Assembly (NCBI GenBank): GCA_964270895.1
Contig: OZ185439.1
Length of the DNA stretch: 64,000 bases
Direction: 5' to 3' (one strand)
Origin: Podarcis filfolensis
Lineage: Eukaryota
Shown here: positions 13,649 through 28,900 of the stretch, in pieces
Numbering within the stretch: position 1 is the first letter of the stretch
Layout of the letters: the number at the start of each line of letters is the position of its first letter
The notes under the pieces: generated by a model
What the model was told of the DNA's origin: nothing
The model's database searches: none
What the model saw: the letters and a program-made list of their open reading frames with translations, nothing else
Translations under genes and position numbers: made by a program

Positions 13649-14657
13649 CTATTACAAAAACAAACAAAGTCGACCTAATTGGAAATCTGGCACCTAGATT
13701 TTTATAGTATGGAGCAACACCTATAGCCAGTTCTAACCCCCCCCACACACACTTTACTGCACAAGAGTAAATTAAATCAAAGCCTGTTTTCTTTCCCCAT
13801 TTTTCTTATCTTTCTTTTAAACAGCGAACTGTGGCATCTCACCAGAAAATGAACGTCTGGCAAAGGAGTACATTTGCACACAGTTTTGGAAGGAGGGGAA
13901 GGTTTGTTGCCACTTTTATGGCTAAATTTGGCGTGTGTTTACCTTCCCTTCATTCCCTTATTTATTACGTAGTGTACACATAACCTTCTACGGCTGCACG
14001 GTAGCATTAGTTATTAAACTTGCAGTGCATTGCACACTTCTGATTAAACTGTTCAAATCACAATAGCGCCAGCTTTAGATTTTTTTTAAAAAAGAAATTA
14101 GATAAACACACGACAGGTTGTGGGATTTCTGTTTCCAAAAGGAGAGGGAGAAGGAAAAGACAACACAAGAAATATTAGAACAGGGAGCTGGTGATTTGCG
14201 AGTGATTTCAGCGCTCCCAACCCCCACGTTTCCTTGTAATAATACATAAACTCGTACAGCTCAGATTACTTACAATAGCCCCACATAATTAAATATTTAC
14301 AGAGGGTGAGAAATAGATAGGAAGGAAAGCTGAGGTTAGGTAGCCATATATTTAGCAGGATTTCTCACTGCAAGACAGTCAGTGCCCTCGACTACCAATT
14401 AATTAAAACCAATAAATTTTAACAATTCAGATCGCTGCCATCTTTTCCCCTCCACCCCACACCCTAATCTCCCCTTTTTTTCCTGAAACATTTAGAGCCC
14501 TACCGTACATTTGCTTTTTCCCACTTAAAAATAAATTAAAAAAAAAGAAAAGCAATGTTTGGTTTATAGTGACAATTAATTCACCAGCTGAACTGAATCC
14601 GGCTCTTGATGTGGATTTGTTTAAGAAAGGAGCCCCCACCCCTATATTTCTTCCCTA

Positions 14658-16500
<1,843 letters not shown>

Positions 16501-16599
16501 TCCGTCTCTTTTCCCCCTCCTTGGGCTTTTTTCCCCCTTCGCTTTCCTTTTTTCCCCCTGCTTTGTTAAAAAAAAAAAAACGGCGCAAATCATGCACAA

Positions 16600-16930
16600 T
16601 ATTGTCTTTTGCGGTTTATCTTCCTGGGGAGAAACTTTCACCTCCTCAGCCGGGCGGTGAACGCGAGACTGATAGCGGCAATCATTCCTGCAGATAAATG
16701 AATTGAAAAGACGACACCGTCCCCCCCTTGATGAATGGGAGAAGGAGGAGGAGCTACGTAAAGACCGACGTCGCTGATCATTGGTGCCTGGCGGTTCCCA
16801 CTTTCGCTTGCAACTCCCTCCTTCCTCTCCAACTAAGGGTGCGCAAAACCTTCCTTCTCTCCTGATTGGCCAGCTCAGCTCATCAATCCCAGGTATTGTG
16901 AAGCGCATTGACATCGCTTTTGACAAACAG
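16600..16930 (-). promoter_or_regulatory. Putative ZIC1 promoter
   Basis: Two CCAAT boxes on the minus strand (ATTGG at 16780-16784 and 16865-16869, the latter in a CTGATTGGC NF-Y-type context); complex CpG-containing sequence directly upstream of the leader. Confidence 0.5.
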
Positions 16931-17739
16931 GCTTGTACAGGAGTAGCAACTTTTTATATACATAAACATATATAATATATAGATATAGATATATATTTCG
17001 ACTCGACAATATTCCAAAGCTCTCTTTTCTATAGCTGTTTTATGGAGATAGAGAAAGATGTAGATGTTATTCCTGTGCCTATCTTTTCCTTCTTTCTTGT
17101 GATGGTGATGTTTGGTTCCTGGAGATCGAGATCTTTGAACAACACAAGTTTTGAAGGAGTTGCCCAGGGAAGTCCTTTTGTGACTTGCTCCTTTTCCATT
17201 TGGGCTTCCTCCTTATTTTCTTTCAGATGCTCTCCAAAACGCATGTGTTGGTTACATTAGATTTTGCTTTAAAACAGCAGGCGTGATTTCTGTGGGGAAA
17301 CGGCTGTAACGTTCCATCACTTTGTTTTTTCTGAATTATTTTTTAGCACCCATCAAAAGGCAGGTGGGTGAGAGCGCTTAACTTTCTGCCTGTGTGTTTG
17401 TTTGTGTGTGTGGTGTAGTGTTGTTATTGTATCTCCCTGCACTTTGTTTCTTGTTTTTCTTTCTTCTTTTTTTACGCGACCTCTTTCATTCAGGTAAAAA
17501 AAAAAAGCCTGTATTTTTCTCCCCCAAAGTTGCTTTTGTCTCTTCTGTGCTGCATGGAGCTTTTGGATCCTGGGGTTTTATAATGTATTTGAAATCCTCG
17601 CTAGATAGGAGCAATATAAATTTTCTGACGCTCAAACCTTTTCTAGTTCACAAATCAGTCACCCTTGTCACATTTATTGAAATTCCTCAACTTGCCACAC
17701 CAGGACGGTGGAAAAAGCAGGCGGCGCCTTTGTTGCTGA

Positions 17740-17879
17740 NNNNNNNNNNNNNNNNNNNNNNNNNNNNNNNNNNNNNNNNNNNNNNNNNNNNNNNNNNNNN
17801 NNNNNNNNNNNNNNNNNNNNNNNNNNNNNNNNNNNNNNNNNNNNNNNNNNNNNNNNNNNNNNNNNNNNNNNNNNNNNNN
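17740..17879. other. N gap (140 nt)
   Basis: Run of N. Confidence 1.
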
Positions 17880-19060
17880 ATGCAACCCCTCGATTAACCT
17901 GCCTTTACCCAACTCAAGTCTATTGAAAAACTACGGATAGTTCCTCTTTGTTCCTGTTACAAAGACCCATTGACTATATATTAAAATGATTGTCGAGATG
18001 TAGAAGTATGGTTACTTAAAAAGAGACAATCTTTGTGACTCAATCAATTAAGCAAAGCAACTTGGGTATGTTATTCCCTGTGATGCCCGTGCAGTTTTGA
18101 GAAAGGGTGCGTTTTGCTGAGAACAGTGTTTTTAGTTTTGGTTTTTTTAAAAAACCATAATAATGATATTTTAACCTGGACCATCCCCAACCCCAATACA
18201 GAAAATGTGAACCTGTGTGTTAGACGGAGAAGGAGAGGGATGTTAATAAATGTTAACTAGAAATCAAAGCCCTTCGGGTTTTGAACCTTTGTCCAGCCTT
18301 TATGTGACTTCGCTATGACTTTTCCCCAACCTGATTTATCCTGTTTTCTGTTAAAGGAGTTAGGAATCAATTCCCTTGGCAGATAAAAGTGCACGAAAAA
18401 TATTTCCTATTTCATAGCTGTATATTTCAGTGAAATGTGGGAGGGGCACACAGTTTGGTTTAAGTAAAACAAAAACCACCTTTTTACTGCCATTCGGCAG
18501 TGTAATACTATATTATATCAGATTTCCGAGTAGGTTAAATGCATAAAGGAAGATATTCGGGGCAGTTCTATTAGCACGGCTTCATAGTTTCTGACCGATA
18601 GCGGAGGTAATGCTGCTTGCATGAAAGAAGGCTTGCACACACAAACGTACGTACGCACACACACAATGTTTGTGTGTGTGTGTGTACACAGACGCATACA
18701 AACACATACACACATACATACAAGCACACATCTAAGGTCCTAAAGCAACAGGTCTGAAGCATCTTCCCTTGATAAGGATTATAAAGAGTTTTCATGTGTT
18801 CGACTTGGTATATGTAATGAGATCTTGCTCTTTCGCCCTTTCGCTCTAGTATGCCTAATCCCAGAGCGACGGGCAAGAATCTCAGGAACGTTTGGTCCCA
18901 GAGAGAATAATCTACACATACTTGAAGTTAGCAAAAGGGAATAGATTCGCCTCTCCAAAATGCAGAGCAACACTTAACCCCATCTCAAGAGTCAACAACC
19001 GTGGAATGGTACAGTCCAAAGTTTGTTTGTTTGCTGTTGGGAACATGTTCAGATATAAAG

Positions 19061-19063
<3 letters not shown>

Positions 19064-19101
<38 letters not shown>
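19064..19101. repeat. (GT)19 microsatellite
   Basis: Directly visible. Confidence 0.95.
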
Positions 19102-19102
<1 letters not shown>

Positions 19103-20607
19103 TGCGCGCGCTCTGTGTGCAAGTGTTGTGGGCTGCAGAAGTTATCAAGTGGGATTTGCGGCATGCTCTCTGCAGGAAACGAAAGCTGCTCCAGTTCAAA
19201 GCCACATGCACCAACGTGACATATAAGCCATTAAAATATCATCCTGAAGGTTCATTTCTGCCTCTCCATACAATCCCCAGCTGCTCCCAGAAAGCAAGAA
19301 AAGAAGAAATGAAGGATGACCGCCTCGATGAAGTCGCCCAAGAGGTGTTTTGGTTTTGTTTGATCCAACCGTTGCCCACCCTACCCCCTCTATCCCACCC
19401 ACCCCCCAGCTTCTCCTCTCGTCTCCCTCTGTCTTTCGACTTTCTTCTTTTTTTTGGTCAGTTCTGACATGCTAGGCAGAAATGAGGGGATCTCTGCTTC
19501 AACAGGTGGAGTGGGGTAAGTGACTGAAGTGGTGATCAAGGGGTGGGAGACGCGGGGCGGGCTAGGAAATGCGGCTTCCCTTCTGCCACAGTCAGGCCAA
19601 GCGCTGGAGCAACCTTTCACCTTCAGGAGGCTTGTTATGTGCATGAATGAACCTTAGGAGCTCCCCCCCCCCCTCTCTTCGCACACACTCTGCGGATGTG
19701 GTTTGGCACCTTTTCAGGCACGTGGGCAGAGACTTTCCTCCACGGGAGACTGCTGGGAGGTAAAGCTGCACCTGGCCCCACCGCCAAAGGCGGGCAGGGC
19801 TTTCCCTTCCCCGACCCGAAGGTCCAGGCCGCCAAGTGGATCGGGGCGTTTGTGATCAAGGTGCTTCCCATGGTGCCGCTGGGACAAGCGCCCTATATCT
19901 GAACGCCCACTACAGGAGGGCAGACGGGGAAAAGATAGGGCAACGAAAGAGATGCGGTTGCCTCGGAAGAGAGGGAACAGGAGGCGGAGAACATCAGAGT
20001 GTGTATCCTAAGCAGACAATGCCCTAGGGTGCCGAGCGTTAGAGAAGTGCGGTTATCTCGGTCCACCTCTGCTCCAGCCTCCCAACCGTGGAAGATGAGT
20101 CGCTGCTTTGGGCTCGAGGTGCAGGGAGGAACCGAGAGGCGGGGATTTGGTCAGCCCAGGTCTTGCTCCCCCTTGAGAACTCGGCACCAGTTTCTCTGTT
20201 TCAGGCACTCTCTCCTGCGCAGTTAAGAAGGAGTTAACCATGTCTGTGGCTAAAGGTCTAGTAGCCAAGACTTCGTAAGTTTTTCACAATGGACCTTCCA
20301 TTCCCATCTCGATCAGGAGCTTTCCGTAATCGGGTGACACTCCCACCTCCCTTACACACAAACACCCCACTCCAGCATCGTTTAACTCCTTGTTTCTTTT
20401 TTTTATTCGTGCAAAAATGTCTACCAACCTGCATGTTTTTTAAAAAAAATAACAACCACCACAAACCCTTTCGCTGATTTATTTTGCTGCATTTTTATTT
20501 TATTCTTTAAAGAGAATATCTGTAAAATCTGGATCAGAAGGAGGAGGGCGACAGAGCTTTAGGCTATCCAAGTCTTAAAGGGAATCGAGAAGGATTTCCA
20601 CGAAAGT

Positions 20608-20736
20608 NNNNNNNNNNNNNNNNNNNNNNNNNNNNNNNNNNNNNNNNNNNNNNNNNNNNNNNNNNNNNNNNNNNNNNNNNNNNNNNNNNNNNNNNNNNNN
20701 NNNNNNNNNNNNNNNNNNNNNNNNNNNNNNNNNNNN
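20608..20736. other. N gap (129 nt)
   Basis: Run of N. Confidence 1.
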
Positions 20737-22986
20737 TCGCAGTGGCGAGACCGGTGAAGCCCGTTGCATTTCCTTGGCTACTGTTGATCATGTAGTTAAT
20801 CAGTTTGGATAAGTGTTGAAGGCTTGAGTTCTTGAAGTGGCCGGCTTTGGAAACACCCCTGGAGCTTGACCTCTGACCTGCGACCGGGAACATGTGCCGG
20901 GCCCACCGTATCCGGGACAATGACTCGAGTGTGTAGCCGCGCGCCCGCGCGCCCGCGCGCGCCCGTCTCTGTGCACTTCGGTTCGCCCTTCCGTTTCCAA
21001 CGACTAGCTCAACCTGATTTCCTAACCTTCGTCCAAGAATAGAGTTGCTCTAATGCTCTCCGCAAACAGTTTGTCTAGCTCTTGAAAGGCAAGATCTGTC
21101 CAAGCGTCTTCTGAGTTACTCTATAAGAGTAATAGACATTTAGGATTACCTTGAGCCTTGTATGCTCAGTCTCAGAGCGTTGAAAAATATATGTTATGCT
21201 TTTAAAACAATATGCGTAGGGGAGGTGGATTCATTGCAGCTTCCCTTGCCTCAACTAGGCCGTTTGAGGATGGAAATAGTTCATAAGAAGAACCCCCAAA
21301 TTCCGCATGGTATTCCAAAGAGTCAGCTGGATCTGTAAAAGATTTGCTGGAAGTTTATTAGAATGGCTGGCTGCATCGAGAGTCGGGTTACCGGCCATGA
21401 TTTGAGTGCTGCCAAATTGTTTTTAGTATGGAAATAGAGGCTGTTGACTAGCCGACCTGCAGCAGAAGTCCAGCCTTTCTGGATGTAAATACTACACACG
21501 CGCGCGCACAAACACCTACGGACACATACACAGGCTTGTTCCATCTCATCTCAGAAGTGCATCTCACACAGTAAAATAATCTCATGCACTTCTGGAATGG
21601 AATACATAAGAAAGAGTTCGGGCTGTAAACAGACGCTGTTTACGGTGCCCCCTATTTTGAAATTTCGGGTGAGGTGCGTGTCAAACTTTAAACTAGGAGA
21701 AAATAAGTATTAATAAGTAAGGTTAAGGTATATAATGCAGGGGTTTTTTCCCCATTCATGGACCTTGCACCTATTTCCGCTCCCTTTTTTCCAGCCAAAA
21801 AGAAACAGGAAATCCTATCTTTCCCCCTCTTCAGGTCAGAACACTACTTCGGTGTTAATAATAACCCCAAATTTTATATGATGTGCGGAGAAGTTGCACT
21901 CCATCTTGATCGTATTTGAGGAAATCTGGCCTCTGCCCCCCCATCTCTTTATTTTTAAAAATTAAAACATATTCCAGAATAAAAATAATAGCACCATAAT
22001 AATTTATAATGATTCAAAAGTGTCAAGTTTGGGCATCCCATATAAATCCCCTCCTTGATTCAATAACTTCATTTTAAGAGTATTTATTTATTTATTTATT
22101 TCACTCCCATTGGGAATCTTTCTAATGTAGTTTTTTTTTATAAAAACAACAACTATAAGCCATACAAAAGCCCTCTTTGAGCTCACATATGTGCATTATT
22201 TGGTTCTTATGAAATTATATAATTCCTATCTCCCTTTCAGGAATATATATCCAGAAAGAGCTCCTGCAACAATATTTAGACTTGGTCATTTACCTCCTCG
22301 GCAATTCGCACAAGGGTTATCGTCACTCCTTCCTATTATTCCTACTTTACTGTTCACATTAACCACTAGCACTAAGTCATGGGCTGAATCTATTGCTTTT
22401 TTGAAGTCTCCTCTTAAGTCTTAGTATCTGCACTGAGAGCTCCTCTCTTGGCACAGTCAGGCCATTGGTTCTCCTTTGAAAAGTAAGAGTCGGACGGTGC
22501 AAAAGTGGCAGCTTTAAAGCATCTCATCTTTGGTTGGAAGAGTCTTGCAAACAAACAAGTCGATATTAGCGCTGAAAAGTTTAATATTAGCTCTGAAAAG
22601 TCCATAAACAATGCAGCGTCGTCGGTGGTAACACCTCTCAGTGCTCAGCCAGGAGGTATGTGTCAGATCAAAGCAGAATTCTGGAAATCTCCTGTCCTAT
22701 CTCTTCCTCTAAATCAGCCCTAGGGTAGTTCTGTAATATATGCACGAAGTTTTGAAATGTTTTATTGTAAATATATTCCACCTCTTCCATCTCTCCCCCT
22801 CCCCCCTTCTTTACTTCCGCCATATTTTGGCGACATAAAGACTTGAGTTCCAAAACAATTTGAGGTTTTTATTCGGGATGGGGGTATTAAAAAAAAAAAA
22901 AGATTTCACGCCATTCTTCAATGATTTATCACTTGCATATAAACTAGACACTTTAAAAAATATTGCCACTTTTCTCTCCTGAACAG

Positions 22987-23071
22987 GAACCAAGTTAGAA
23001 AATAAGGCACAAGGTTTCCCTTGTAATGAGGAAAAGAAAACGACTTTACAGAAACCTTCTGGGACAGTCAA
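22987..23071 (+). CDS. ZIC4: Putative alternative upstream ZIC4 exon (mammalian-type N-terminus); coding from ATG 23026
   Basis: Acceptor CTTTTCTCTCCTGAACAG|G and donor TCAA|GTAAGT. It translates (I)RHKVSLVMRKRKRLYRNLLGQS, closely resembling the human ZIC4 N-terminus [23 protein letters not shown] (recalled). The phase-1 end fits the acceptor at 31012. Confidence 0.75.
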
Positions 23072-25510
23072 GTAAGTTAAAATATGACTTTCTTTTTTAA
23101 AAAAAACAACAACAGCCCAAAGACAATATATGATTCCTCCCCTCTAGTGTTTAACTTGCTTGCATGAACACAAATCAGCCACACAAGGTCCCACCAGCAA
23201 GTGCTTAATCCTGCTCTCTGCCTATTCATTTGGAGGTTCTAGAATTAATATTTGACAACTCTCTCATTGAAACAACAACCCCTGACCCTCTGTGATTGCA
23301 TTGTCACATTATTCTATGACATATTCATCTTGCATTAATTTACGGGCGATTTGATTGGAATGAGATTTGACATGTATTGGATCCTATTAAAGAAGAAAGC
23401 TTTGATCTTGGCGATGGGGTTTACATGATATGTATCATCGTTACCCGGTATACCAGCTTTCCACAATGTGGTGGCTACCCAACTTCCACCATGCGAGGAG
23501 TTAAGTAGGGCATTGATTGACATCTTATCTGACAGGAATACCTTAATCTGAGGCACTAGATTAAGTATTCCATTTGAAATAAACATTTGATTGGGTTGAT
23601 CTTCAGTAATTCAAGTTTTGAACTGGTGGAAGGAAGAGGATTTGAAGCCATCCCATCTTCACAACTGGTCATTCTACCTATTACCTGCTTTGTCATCCTT
23701 TCCTGCAGCTTAGCCCAATTAGACATTAGTTTTCAGCCATAAAAAGCAGGGCATATTAAAAGGGGGGGAAGATACAGAATTTCCCCTTTATTTTCCATCA
23801 GTATTTTCCGTCATATTTTCTGAGCCAATACCTTCCTGAATAAAAGGGAGGGTTCACGTTTAATTCTCATCATTATCTTGCGGCGATTCTTCACCAATCC
23901 TTCCACGTGGCTCTTCTTGATTTTGGTGAATTCCTTCCCTTCTCTTAAGTCTCCCGGCTGCCTAAATGCTGAATAGGAACTTCCCCCTGTATTATGCTCT
24001 TACAGCCCATCAACAACTCAGTTAATCCCCCAGATAACTTGGGTTTTAAATGGATTGTTTCCCTCGAAATCATGTGCACGACACAAGTCTTGCACCCGTA
24101 TATTTCAGCTTAAGGAAGCCTCTTATCGGGCTGGTTCCTTTTCCTATGAATTCCTACGCTGCTATTCGAAATAAGGCGACAATGTCCGTAGTGCACCCTG
24201 AAGATTTGCGTTTACAGGCGATTTTTGAAGTGGGAAGGGGTAGAGTTGCATAGAAATCCCTTATTCACTAGACTTTCCTTCTTCATAAGCAGTGAAGACC
24301 TTCTTCCGAAAGGTCACCACTTCCCTACACTGATTCAATGACCCTTCAGCGAGACAGACATAGAAAACGCGAAAAAAGTTTCTGCGAGTCTCAATCGCCC
24401 AGAGAATCTGGCTGTTTTAACTAAAAGCTAAAGGTCAGATTCTGCTAGCAGATACAGCCTAATAAACTCTGTTAAAGAGATGGGGTAAAGAAAATACTGG
24501 CAGCGTATAAGACCGGATGATTGCTCTAAAGTTTAGGAAGTTTATTTATTTATTTCTTGTTGTTGTTTTTTAAAAAAGCTTACAATCTTCCATTCTGTAT
24601 TTACTTATTTATTGGGGAAATCAGCCAGGTGTCGTATTTATGCAGAAATGCAATCTATTCCTTGAGGAAGATAGGATAATATAAACAACAAATGTGATTA
24701 TATCTGGTTTTAGTGCAAAAAAAGCACCTCTTAGGCTTTTGATCCATGGAACTGATCGAGAAGGTATTTTTTGGGGGGGAGTGTAAATCTCCTTCCCACA
24801 ACAGATTTCTGCTGAATCTCCAACCTACAGAAATAATACTGTGGTTTCTCTTATGCAGAAATCTTAACCACATCTTTTCCAGTTCGTGCCTGAGGTCACT
24901 GGAAGCAACAGAACACGCCATTGGGCGGCAATCCTGCCGACACTTAAGCAGACATAATTGTCGCCGGTGTCAGTGGGAGACAGAGGGCAGAATGGCTGCT
25001 TTGCTGCCTACTTTCTGGTATGCATTTATTTCCTAGGCTATGATAAGCAAAACCTGAAACGGAAGAAGTCAATTGTCATTTGTTCAGCTTCTCAATGGTT
25101 ATTAGTAGGTGCTGTCAGTGTGGTTCTGTGTGCGTAATAAGAGGGTTTTTCTTCAACAAACCTCATCTCTCTCCTACCCACTGTCTGGCAGGGCAAGTCT
25201 GTGACCCCTCCCCCCGAAACCACTGGGCCACGGTGTTCAAGTTGTTAGGATCCTCAAACCAGTTCACAAGACAGTTAAGCCGCAGCAATCTCATTGAAAC
25301 CCGCTTACATAGTCCCAATAGGTGGTCTTAACTGGGCTCTGTGAGTAAAGGGCATCTTGCCAATACTTTACAATTGGGCCACATTGTCCAGGGCAGTCAG
25401 TAGGGGGAGAAACTGCGATCCGCAAAACATTTTGTGTGGACAAACGTGCAAGGACTTCTAATTGTCTCTTCCACGCCTTATGCGGCTGCGGTCCTCCGGT
25501 GGGAAGCTAA

Positions 25511-25558
25511 TAGCAGCAGTAGTAGTAGTAGTAGTAGTAGTATTAGCAGCAGCAGCAG
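25511..25558. repeat. Compound (AGC)/(AGT)n triplet repeat
   Basis: Directly visible. Confidence 0.9.
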
Positions 25559-25886
25559 TCCAATGGAGCTAGTAACCAAACAGTCTTATTGCCTTTGGGG
25601 AGTTTAGATTCTGCTTTTGGCTAGTGGCCGTGCTAACGCAACAGGGCTGGGCGTTATTCTTGCAAAGTGCAGCTCTCCTTGTCATCAAGTTCCTCAGCTC
25701 CAGTATTTATATTAGAAGTAGAATGCGTCCATGAGGGCCATGACAGTTTTAAAATATAAGGCGGGGAGTCCCTGCCATCCCGATTTGTTTATTTGCGGAA
25801 GGGTGAGCTATTCTGCTCTTCTGGTCGTTTTATCTACTCAATATATAGAACATGTTTTGCTGGCAAAATGAACTACTAAATGAACC

Positions 25887-25920
25887 GTGCGCGCGCGCGC
25901 GCGAGCGCACACACACACAC
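25887..25920. repeat. (GC)n-(CA)n alternating purine-pyrimidine tract (Z-DNA prone); similar tract at 26101-26150
   Basis: GTGCGCGCGCGCGCGCGAGCGCACACACACACAC. Confidence 0.85.
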
Positions 25921-28900
25921 TGAGGGAACCACAAAGAAAAGTGCACATTAGGCAGGTAAGAGCTGCATCGCAGATGCAAGTCTCCTGGATAACTGCAACT
26001 TTGTTCAGGCCCTCCTAGTTCTGTTTCCCCCGCCTTCTGGTCATGTGTACAGCTCCATCTGCATCACCACCCTCCCTCACTTGTCTGCTCTGTCTCCTTT
26101 ATGCGCGCGCGCGCACACACACACACTCTCTCTCTCACACACACACGCACAGAGATATGTCTCCCAAGGTACACAACAAATGCTAGGAGTGAGAGCACTA
26201 ACTTCACCTAATATAATGAGAGAGACACCATGGGCCATTTCTTTTCCATTGGACTCATGCAAGCAGAGGGGGGAACAAGGGGGGGAAACCCCTGTGAGGA
26301 ACCTCAGGGTTTTAAGTAAGAGCGGATAAAGCCATTAGCGTTTGACAAGAAGCCATGCCAATATTTTAGAATGGCCTAAGCCAACCGATAGTAACATATA
26401 TATATTGATAAACTGTTCCAGATGTTTTCTCCCTTGACTGAGGACTGTCAGGACTGAAGGATGTCAAGAGTGTAGAGGTGAAGTGGTTGTAAGGAGGGAT
26501 GAGGAAAACAGCTTTATTTGGAAGTCACACTCTCAGTACCTTTGTAAGTAACAGCCTTCCAGAGTCCTGCTTCCTATAACGTTTCTTTCTTTCTGTGATC
26601 TCCTTCGGAGATGGTCAGGGATGAGGAAGGGGAAAGACGAAATGTTTTTGGCTTAGGGCGAAGAAACTGGCAAGGGAAGGTCGTATTGAACTACTGGGGG
26701 GGTTTAAGTTGTCTACATAAACATGTTACGTAAGGAGAGCTAGTTAATTACAGCGTGTGTAACTTTTCAGGTCCTCGGGGCATCAATGTGTGTGCGCGCG
26801 TTACATTCGTACAATAATAAATACCGATTTAGCTGTCTTTTATTTTATCCTCAGTATTGTGATCTGTACAAAAATGGTCAAAAACAAGAATATAACTCCC
26901 GCTATGGTATAAAGTGTAATGAGATGCTTCTTAGATAATTATTTATGCTTGTCGTACATCTTGAACTCAATATTCCAAGATTTAGCAATTCAAAAATATT
27001 TTATAGGAGGCAGGCTCCTATTTTTCTGCTTTACGTAAATTTGATTGGCAATTGCTTGAGTCGGGAATTGTTGTTCCCAAGCATACAAAAACAACATTTA
27101 GCTAGTAACTTTAGAATATCTCAAGAAATTGTTTTGCTAAGGTGATCTCCGAGGTGATTTTTCTAAAATTCAGTGACTGGCAACTGTTTCCACAGTATAG
27201 TTAAACGTTGCTTTTAAAAAATAAAAACAAAAAGTTCAAATATTTTTTGGGGGGAGGGGATAGAGGTGGAAAAGCTGTAAGTGTTCAGTCCGGCTTCAGA
27301 TAGTTTATTTACTGTATGACAGGATGTAAATTTTGCGATGATGAGAGAAAGAATTATTTACTCTTGAAACTGAAGTTCTGTATCCCGAGAAATGATGTTA
27401 TTGTCCTTTAATATGTGACTTCCTTTGAGGGGGGGCCTTTTAATTCACCTAGTCTTGCATCTGAAATGAGTTAAAGCCCATCCTATGCATGTTTCCTTGG
27501 AACTTCCACTGAATTCAGTTGGGATTACTCTCAAGTGAGTGTTGTGATTGCATCTTTAATAACACTGACCTCACTAATACTCAGGGCATTACCACAAGTA
27601 ACTTAAGAGCGGCTTTCGGTTTCAGGACATCACTTGTGCAGCTATTAACACGGGACAGAAAGCGGAAAAGAATATTATTTTTAAAAGTACGTGTCGATTT
27701 TGCATTTTACTTTTGCCCAGATGCTTCAGTTTTAAAAAATAAAAAATAAATAAAGGGCTCTTTTCGCAGGATGTCATTTAAAAGTAAAAAATGCTGCTTG
27801 TTCAATGGGGGGGATACATTCTTAAAATTGCCGTGTTTCTTACTGGATTTTAAGTAAAATTGAAAGCTGCCCTTCTGCAGAAAGTGGGTATACTTAAAGT
27901 AACTTTTACGTTTAGAAGTTTAGGTCCAGAGTTCAAGGCCGAATTTTGATATCCCACTAGATGGAGGAGAACAGAATTACCTGAATTCAGTAATATCGGG
28001 TTCCAGCATTCATTGGAAGGGCTCTCAATGGCTTTTTTTGTGGGGGTAAAAATAATAAACCCTATACTTTTATTATCATCATGGATACAGTACACTTGCA
28101 ATCGGTTTATTTTCCTTTTGACAATGAGCAAATGTGAGCATCATAACGTCCGATAGATTTATCTATTAATCTACAGGTTGCTTTTTAAATTGACTTGATC
28201 TTTTAATTGCTCTTTATAAATGAATGTGGGCGATTGCGTTTGACAGTGAGAGGCAAAGAGATTCAACACGATGTTTCACACGCATCCAGGGCTGCTTTAG
28301 ATGGTCAGAGACTTATTAGTTGCATAAGCCTCCTGAAACGATTTGCAACATTTGGCTTGGGTTATATGCGCCAGTTAATTGCAGGTATTAGGTATGACTT
28401 TTTTGTATTACTTTTAAAGGGAGGGGGACATAAATATCGTGTAATCGTGGGAAATGAAAGATGTGGCAGAACTTTAGCCTTTGTTGTTGTTTTAAAGGCC
28501 TGGTTCTCTGGGCCGCCAACAAGTGTCAGAAATCTAAATACCTAGCTGCCCAGCTCCGCTTCCCAGGACGACTTCTGTATGCAAAGCCTGTCTCTTCCAC
28601 ATTGTGCCCATTTCTGTTGCGGACGGGAGTCCCGGAGATTTGTCTGTGCTATAAATAATCAGCAGGCAAATTGATGGCGCGGTTGGGCTGGAGGTTAGGA
28701 AGCGAGGGTGGAGGTAGTGTGCGTGTAGGACTGGATCCCTCGAAAGTATCTTGCCTGGTCCAGGGTTTGGGGTCCACCACCATCGCTGTATTGCTTAAAA
28801 AAAAAAAATCTAGACTTTTGCTCCTGGCCCAAAACAGGCCTGGTAACAAACCTGCGCGCTTCTCTGCTTCCTACAATGGTGGGTCGTAGGCAAAGGAATT

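Noticed and set aside
27953-27966. CTCF-like CCACTAGATGGAGG
   Set aside because: Lacks the strongly conserved C after GG in the core.
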